64,000 nt of DNA from an uncultured cyanobacterium. GTDB taxonomy: Bacteria; Cyanobacteriota; Cyanobacteriia; PCC-6307; Cyanobiaceae. The notes below the pieces were generated by a model. That model saw nothing but the letters and a program-made list of their open reading frames with translations, had not been told where the DNA came from and ran no database searches. Each line of letters begins with the position of its first letter. The stretch's first letter is position 1. The stretch is taken from positions 32,001 through 96,000 of the forward strand of contig CAVXWZ010000011.1 in assembly GCA_963765575.1 (NCBI GenBank). Direction: 5' to 3'. The position numbers were made by a program, and so were the translations under genes. Shown in pieces: positions 59,297 to 64,000 of this stretch.

Positions 59297-60082
59297 GTGG
59301 CGGATGAGCCGGTGAGGGTTGTGGCAGCGGCCTGTGACGGCGCCTGCAGTGGCAACCCGGGGCCCGGGGGCTGGGGCGCCTTGATGCGTTTCGAGGACGG
59401 CTCGGTGCGGGAACTGGGCGGAGCCGATGCCGCCACCACCAACAACCGCATGGAGCTCACGGCGGCTCTGGCGCTGATGCAGGCGCTGCGTTCCCTGCCG
59501 CGGCACCCCGATCTGGTGCTGCGCACCGACAGTCGCTACCTGATCGACGGCCTGGGCCGCTGGATCCAGGGCTGGAAGCGCAAGGGCTGGCGCACCGCCT
59601 CTGGCGGTCCGGTGCTCAACCGCGACCTCTGGGAGCAGCTCGACCGCGCCCGCCTGGCGGACGTGCCCCTGCGCCACGTGCGTGGCCACAGCGGCGATCC
59701 CGACAACGACCGCTGCGACACGATCGCCGTGGCCTTCTCCCGGGGCGGGCAGCCCCGCCTCGCTGATCGCCTCTGCCAAGGCGGTGGTGATCCAGGGGGT
59801 GATCCCGGTGGCGATCCCGCCGATCCAGCTGGCGATCCCCTTCTGGAGGCCGCCCCCGCCGAACTTCAGCGCCTGCTCAGCCGCCTGGAGCTGGCCGATC
59901 GCCTGGCCCGCGGCGGCCATGGCCTCAGCCTGGTGGAGCTGGCCCAGCTGGTGCAGCAGCCCCTCAGCCGCCTCGAGGGTCGCAGTGCCTCCTGGTGCTG
60001 GCGCGACTGGCAGGTGGAACCCCTGGAGGGGGGGCGCTGGCGCCTGCGACGTGGGACGTCAGGATTGCCTCAGCAGGAGTGA
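59297..60082 (+). CDS. rnhA: Ribonuclease HI with C-terminal extension
   Basis: [46 protein letters not shown]. Confidence 0.95.
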   Translation: MADEPVRVVAAACDGACSGNPGPGGWGALMRFEDGSVRELGGADAATTNNRMELTAALALMQALRSLPRHPDLVLRTDSRYLIDGLGRWIQGWKRKGWRTASGGPVLNRDLWEQLDRARLADVPLRHVRGHSGDPDNDRCDTIAVAFSRGGQPRLADRLCQGGGDPGGDPGGDPADPAGDPLLEAAPAELQRLLSRLELADRLARGGHGLSLVELAQLVQQPLSRLEGRSASWCWRDWQVEPLEGGRWRLRRGTSGLPQQE

Positions 60083-61269
60083 CGGCAGGAGTGAAGGAGG
60101 TGACAGAAGCAGGCGGCACCGGGCCGCTGTACGAACGGCTGGTGGGGCCCCTGCTCAGCCGCGATGAGGGAGCTGATGCCGAGCAGCTCAGCCAGATCAG
60201 CCTGGCGGCCCTGGGCCAGGCCTGCCTGCGGCGCGAGTGGCCCCTGGTGAGCGGGGTTCTGGCCGGGCTCGGGGCTGAACTACGCCACCAGGACCCCCGG
60301 CTGGCCCAGACCCTCTTTGGTTGCCGCTTCGCCAATCCGGTGGGTCTGGCCGCCGGCTTCGACAAAAACGGTGTCGCCGCGGCCATCTGGCATCTGTTTG
60401 GTTTCGGCTTCGCCGAGGTGGGCACGATCACCGCCCAGGGCCAGCCAGGCAACCCACGCCCCCGCCTGTTCCGCCTGGCGGCGGAGCGGGCGGCCCTCAA
60501 CCGCATGGGCTTCAACAACCGCGGCGCCCAGGCCTGCCGCCGCCTGCTGGAGCGCCAGCGCCTGGCACCGCCCGGCCAGCGTCCGGCGGTGCTGGGCATC
60601 AACCTGGGCAAGTCGAAGCTCACGCCGCTGGAGCAGGCCCCCGACGACTACGCCGCGTCGCTGGAGCTGCTGGCCCCCCTGGCCGACTACGCGGTGATCA
60701 ATGTGAGCTCGCCCAACACCCCCGGGTTGCGCGACCTGCAGGATGAGGTGCTGCTGCGCCGGCTGGTGGAGCGGCTGCGGCGCCTGCCCGGCTGCCCGCC
60801 GCTGCTGGTGAAGATCGCCCCCGATCTGGAGGACGACGCCATCGATGCCATCGCCCGCCTGGCTTACCAGGAGGGGCTGGCCGGGGTGATCGCGGTGAAC
60901 ACCAGCCTCGACCGCCTCGGGCTTGAGGGGCGTCGCCTCCCCCAGACGGGCCGCACCCTCGCCGAGGAGGCCGGTGGGCTCAGCGGCGCACCCCTGCGCC
61001 AGCGGGCCCTGGAGGTGCTCAGGCGCCTGCGCGCCACCGCCGGCCCGGCGCTGCCCCTGATCGGCGTGGGCGGGATCGACTCGCCCGAAGTGGCCTGGGA
61101 GCGGATCACCGCCGGGGCCTCCCTGGTGCAGCTCTACACCGGCTGGATCTACCGCGGCCCCGGCCTGGTACCCGAGATCCTGAAGGGGATCAGCCAGCAG
61201 CTCGACCGCCATAGCCTTGGCCACATTGGTGAAGCTGTGGGATCGTCTCTGGCGTGGAGAGAAAACTAA
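60079..61269 (+). CDS. pyrD: Quinone-dependent dihydroorotate dehydrogenase
   Basis: [49 protein letters not shown]. Confidence 0.96.
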   Translation: MTAGVKEVTEAGGTGPLYERLVGPLLSRDEGADAEQLSQISLAALGQACLRREWPLVSGVLAGLGAELRHQDPRLAQTLFGCRFANPVGLAAGFDKNGVAAAIWHLFGFGFAEVGTITAQGQPGNPRPRLFRLAAERAALNRMGFNNRGAQACRRLLERQRLAPPGQRPAVLGINLGKSKLTPLEQAPDDYAASLELLAPLADYAVINVSSPNTPGLRDLQDEVLLRRLVERLRRLPGCPPLLVKIAPDLEDDAIDAIARLAYQEGLAGVIAVNTSLDRLGLEGRRLPQTGRTLAEEAGGLSGAPLRQRALEVLRRLRATAGPALPLIGVGGIDSPEVAWERITAGASLVQLYTGWIYRGPGLVPEILKGISQQLDRHSLGHIGEAVGSSLAWREN

Positions 61270-61302
61270 GCTAATTTCAGTACGCGTTCGCGCTGCGACC
61301 GC

Positions 61303-62184
61303 TTGGTGCTGGCGGGACTCCAGGAGAAGTTTCTGCCGCTGCGGGCCGAGCTGTTCCCTGACATCGTGCTGCTCGACTTCAGCCATCCGCAGCTGCTGAT
61401 CGGCCAGGGCCTCAAGGGCGGCCAGCCCGCCGAGCCGCTCTGGACCGCCCCAGTACCGGCCCGCACCCTGCGCGATGGCATTCCGATCGTGGCCGATGCC
61501 CTCGGCGATTTCATCGGCGATCTGCTGCTGGAGCACAGCCGTCCCTACGCCGGCCTGGTGGTGGCGCTGCCCTGGGCGCTTGGCCAGTGGCGGGTGATCG
61601 AGTGGCCCGGCGGCCGGCAACCCAGCGACCCCCGCGCAGCCCTCGGCGCTCGCGGCGCCGAACTGGGCGCGCCCTTCGGCCTCAATGACGCCTGTTTCGA
61701 TCTCCAGCCCTTGATGGGATCGGGGGCCTGTTCGCTGTTGGCCGGCGCCCCACGCCAGGCGGTGGAGGCCTGGATCGATGTGTTCGCCATCGCCGGTGGC
61801 AGCTTGCGCCACCTCTTCCCCTCCCAGACGGTGCTGATGGCCGCCCTGCAAACGGAGCTGGAGGAGGCGCCGGCGGGCGAGCTGGTGGTGCTGCTGCAGC
61901 CCACCATCAGCGACTGCCAGCTGGTGGTGTGGCGGGAGGGTATCCCGGAATACGAGCGCACCCTGCCCCTGGCGATCGACCAGCTGATCCCCGTGCTGCG
62001 TCAGGTGCTCGGGTTCTGCCGCAGCTGCCTCGGCGCTTCCGGGGTGCGCCTGATCCTGGGCGAAGCGCTGGAGGGCAGTGAGGCCATCGGCGAGCAGCTG
62101 GGCCTGCCCCTGACCATCGCCGACCGGGGCGACTACGGATCCCTGCATCTCCAGGGCCTCGGACAGTTGGAGCTGGCGTCATGA
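61303..62184 (+). CDS. PilM-like type IV pilus assembly protein (divergent)
   Basis: First gene of an overlapping pilM-N-O-Q-like series; assignment mainly positional. Confidence 0.55.
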   Translation: MVLAGLQEKFLPLRAELFPDIVLLDFSHPQLLIGQGLKGGQPAEPLWTAPVPARTLRDGIPIVADALGDFIGDLLLEHSRPYAGLVVALPWALGQWRVIEWPGGRQPSDPRAALGARGAELGAPFGLNDACFDLQPLMGSGACSLLAGAPRQAVEAWIDVFAIAGGSLRHLFPSQTVLMAALQTELEEAPAGELVVLLQPTISDCQLVVWREGIPEYERTLPLAIDQLIPVLRQVLGFCRSCLGASGVRLILGEALEGSEAIGEQLGLPLTIADRGDYGSLHLQGLGQLELAS

Positions 62185-62888
62185 GCAGCACACCGTTTGA
62201 CCTGCTGCGCGAGAAGCGCGAAGAACTGGGCCTCCTGGAACCGGCCGAGGCCACGGCCGAGGCCCGCGAGACGCTGCTCAAGGGGGTGGTGATCGGCGCC
62301 GTCCTGCTGGGCCTGATGCTCGGAGTGGCAGTGCTGCTGGCCCTGCGCGCCTCCATGCAGGCCTCACGACTGCAGCAGCTCAAGATCGTGGAGGCGGAGG
62401 TGGAGCAGTTTGAATCCCGCCTCGAGGCCGAGCGTTCCAGGCTTACGAAGCTCAACAGCGCCAATCAGGAGTTGGTGAAGGGTCTGGTGAGCTCCCGCTC
62501 CGGTTCGGCCCTGATGCGCGACCTGCAGCTGCGGGTGCCCCAGGGCGTCCAGCTCACCGAGGCCACGGAGCAGGGCAATGGGCTCAACCTCAAGGGTCAG
62601 GCGCGTGATCCCCAGGCTTTCGAGCGCATCAACGCCCTGCAGCTCGATCTCAAGCGCTCCCCCCTGGTGGATTCCAACCAAGTGCGCTTGGTGAAGGGGT
62701 CCCGCCAGTTGCAGACCGCCGGCTCCGGCGGCAAGGCCGCATCGGCGGAGATGGTCGACTTCGAGCTTCAGGTGGGATTCCGCCCCTCGATCCCGCCGGC
62801 GGCCGAGAAGGCGATCCTCGAGGAGCTGGGATCCGATGGCCTGGCGCGGCGACTGGACCTGCTGGAGCAGGAGGGGGTGCTGCAATGA
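62181..62888 (+). CDS. pilN: PilN-domain protein
   Basis: FDLLRE N-terminus, single TM, coiled coil, RVPQGVQL, INALQLDLKRSPL. Confidence 0.75.
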   Translation: MSSTPFDLLREKREELGLLEPAEATAEARETLLKGVVIGAVLLGLMLGVAVLLALRASMQASRLQQLKIVEAEVEQFESRLEAERSRLTKLNSANQELVKGLVSSRSGSALMRDLQLRVPQGVQLTEATEQGNGLNLKGQARDPQAFERINALQLDLKRSPLVDSNQVRLVKGSRQLQTAGSGGKAASAEMVDFELQVGFRPSIPPAAEKAILEELGSDGLARRLDLLEQEGVLQ

Positions 62889-63640
62889 CCAACTTCCAGC
62901 AGGCCGCCAACCGCGATCAGCAACGGCTACAGCAGCGCCTGCTGTTGGGCCTTCCCATCGCTGTCGGCGCCGTCCTGGCGGCGTTGGTGCTCGGCTTTGC
63001 GGTGGTGCCCCAGTGGCTGGCGCTGCGGGGCAACCGTGAGCGCATCGACCGGATCGAAGAGCTGGAGCAGAGCCTGCCCCTGCTGCGCGACCAGCTGGCC
63101 AAAACCTCGGCGGACCAGGAGCAGGCCAGCAGCCGCCGCGAGCAGATCCTCACCCTCATCCAGGGCAGCGGCGAGTTCAACACTTTCCTGGCCCAGCTGG
63201 ACCGGGAGGCGCGCCGCAACCGGGTGCAGCTCGACTTGTTCGAGCCCGTTGTGGCCTCAGAGCCGGCTGCAGAGGATGCCGACGGGCAACGTGGCGGCGA
63301 CTCTGAGGATGCAGCCCAGGAGCCGCTGGAGGCGGCGGGGCTGTCGTCCCAGGCGATACTGCTCACCGCCCAGGGATCCTATCCAAATTTGCTGGCCTTC
63401 ATGAGGGCTGTCGAGAGGCTCAGTTTGCTTGTGGTGCCTAGCAATTTCGCCATCGCGCTGGTGGAACTTCCCACTCCACCGGGAGCCCCCGACCGGCCGG
63501 CGACGGCCCCGCCGCCCACCACACCCCAGCTGAAAGTGCAGCTCAAGTACTACACCCCATCTCCGGGTAATGGAACTTCAGCTGATTCTGCCCAGACTGG
63601 TGAATCTGCCAGCCCTGGAGATTCAGAACCGGAAACCTGA
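62885..63640 (+). CDS. pilO: PilO-like protein
   Basis: Single TM, coiled coil, GSYPNLLAFMRAVERL. Confidence 0.7.
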   Translation: MTNFQQAANRDQQRLQQRLLLGLPIAVGAVLAALVLGFAVVPQWLALRGNRERIDRIEELEQSLPLLRDQLAKTSADQEQASSRREQILTLIQGSGEFNTFLAQLDREARRNRVQLDLFEPVVASEPAAEDADGQRGGDSEDAAQEPLEAAGLSSQAILLTAQGSYPNLLAFMRAVERLSLLVVPSNFAIALVELPTPPGAPDRPATAPPPTTPQLKVQLKYYTPSPGNGTSADSAQTGESASPGDSEPET

Positions 63641-63712
63641 AGAAATCAGTCGGCCCAGCGGTTGAATCCCATGCACTCTCGGTACAATTTTGCAACGATG
63701 TGTTTTTTAGCA

Positions 63713-64000
63713 GTGGCCAGATCAGGGCGCAGCAACAGACCACGCCCCACGCGCGCCCTGATGGCGGCCGTTGCTGCTTCTGCTCTCGCTCTGCCCCTGG
63801 TTGGTGGTCAGGCCCGAGCTGAGGCCGTGGAGGGCGGAGAAGCCGCTGCGCCGCTGCTGGCCACTGCGCAGCTGTTAGCCCAAGCCAGCACCACTCCGAG
63901 CCGCGGCCCCCTGCAGCTGCGCGTGCGCCGCCTGCCGGACGCGGTGGAACTGGTGATCGAAGGCACCGGTCCCGGCCCCCAGCTGCAGCAATCCACCTCC
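63713..64000 (+). CDS. PilQ/GspD-like secretin, N-terminal part only
   Basis: Signal peptide, then LQLRVRRLPDAVELVIEGTG; follows pilN/O; secretin domain lies outside the window. Confidence 0.55.
   Translation, partial: MARSGRSNRPRPTRALMAAVAASALALPLVGGQARAEAVEGGEAAAPLLATAQLLAQASTTPSRGPLQLRVRRLPDAVELVIEGTGPGPQLQQSTS

Overview
High-GC picocyanobacterial chromosome segment (Cyanobium/freshwater Synechococcus-like). Core genes are ndhF3 (partial), MEKHLA/SWIM/SNF2, alaS, speA, ndk, thiO, gatB, coaE, argJ, an ABC1 kinase, eno, gloA, clpB, secE-nusG-rplK-rplA, rplJ-rplL, rnhA, pyrD and pilM/N/O/Q-like genes. The main finding is a ~12.5 kb island (44.3-56.75 kb) between rplA and the rplJ leader that looks like an undescribed RiPP cluster. 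It has seven tandem short precursor-like genes (about 39-53 aa), mostly absent from the ORF track. They share a leader LFGF-x5-[PS]SS[TI]QPK[IVM]G and have variable, mostly Pro-rich tails. An eighth divergent LFGF...AKVG peptide lies elsewhere in the island. The island also encodes two aKG-HExxH-type peptide-modifying enzymes (one apparently fused to an adenylation domain), two further AMP-binding enzymes, a carrier protein, a GNAT and an alpha/beta hydrolase. A second accessory theme is three FecR + CHASE2-adenylate cyclase pairs near two cNMP-binding membrane proteins. Single-base indels break conserved genes (alaS, eno, ABC1 kinase), so many frameshifts are probably sequencing errors. All assignments are from motif recognition by eye; no searches were run.
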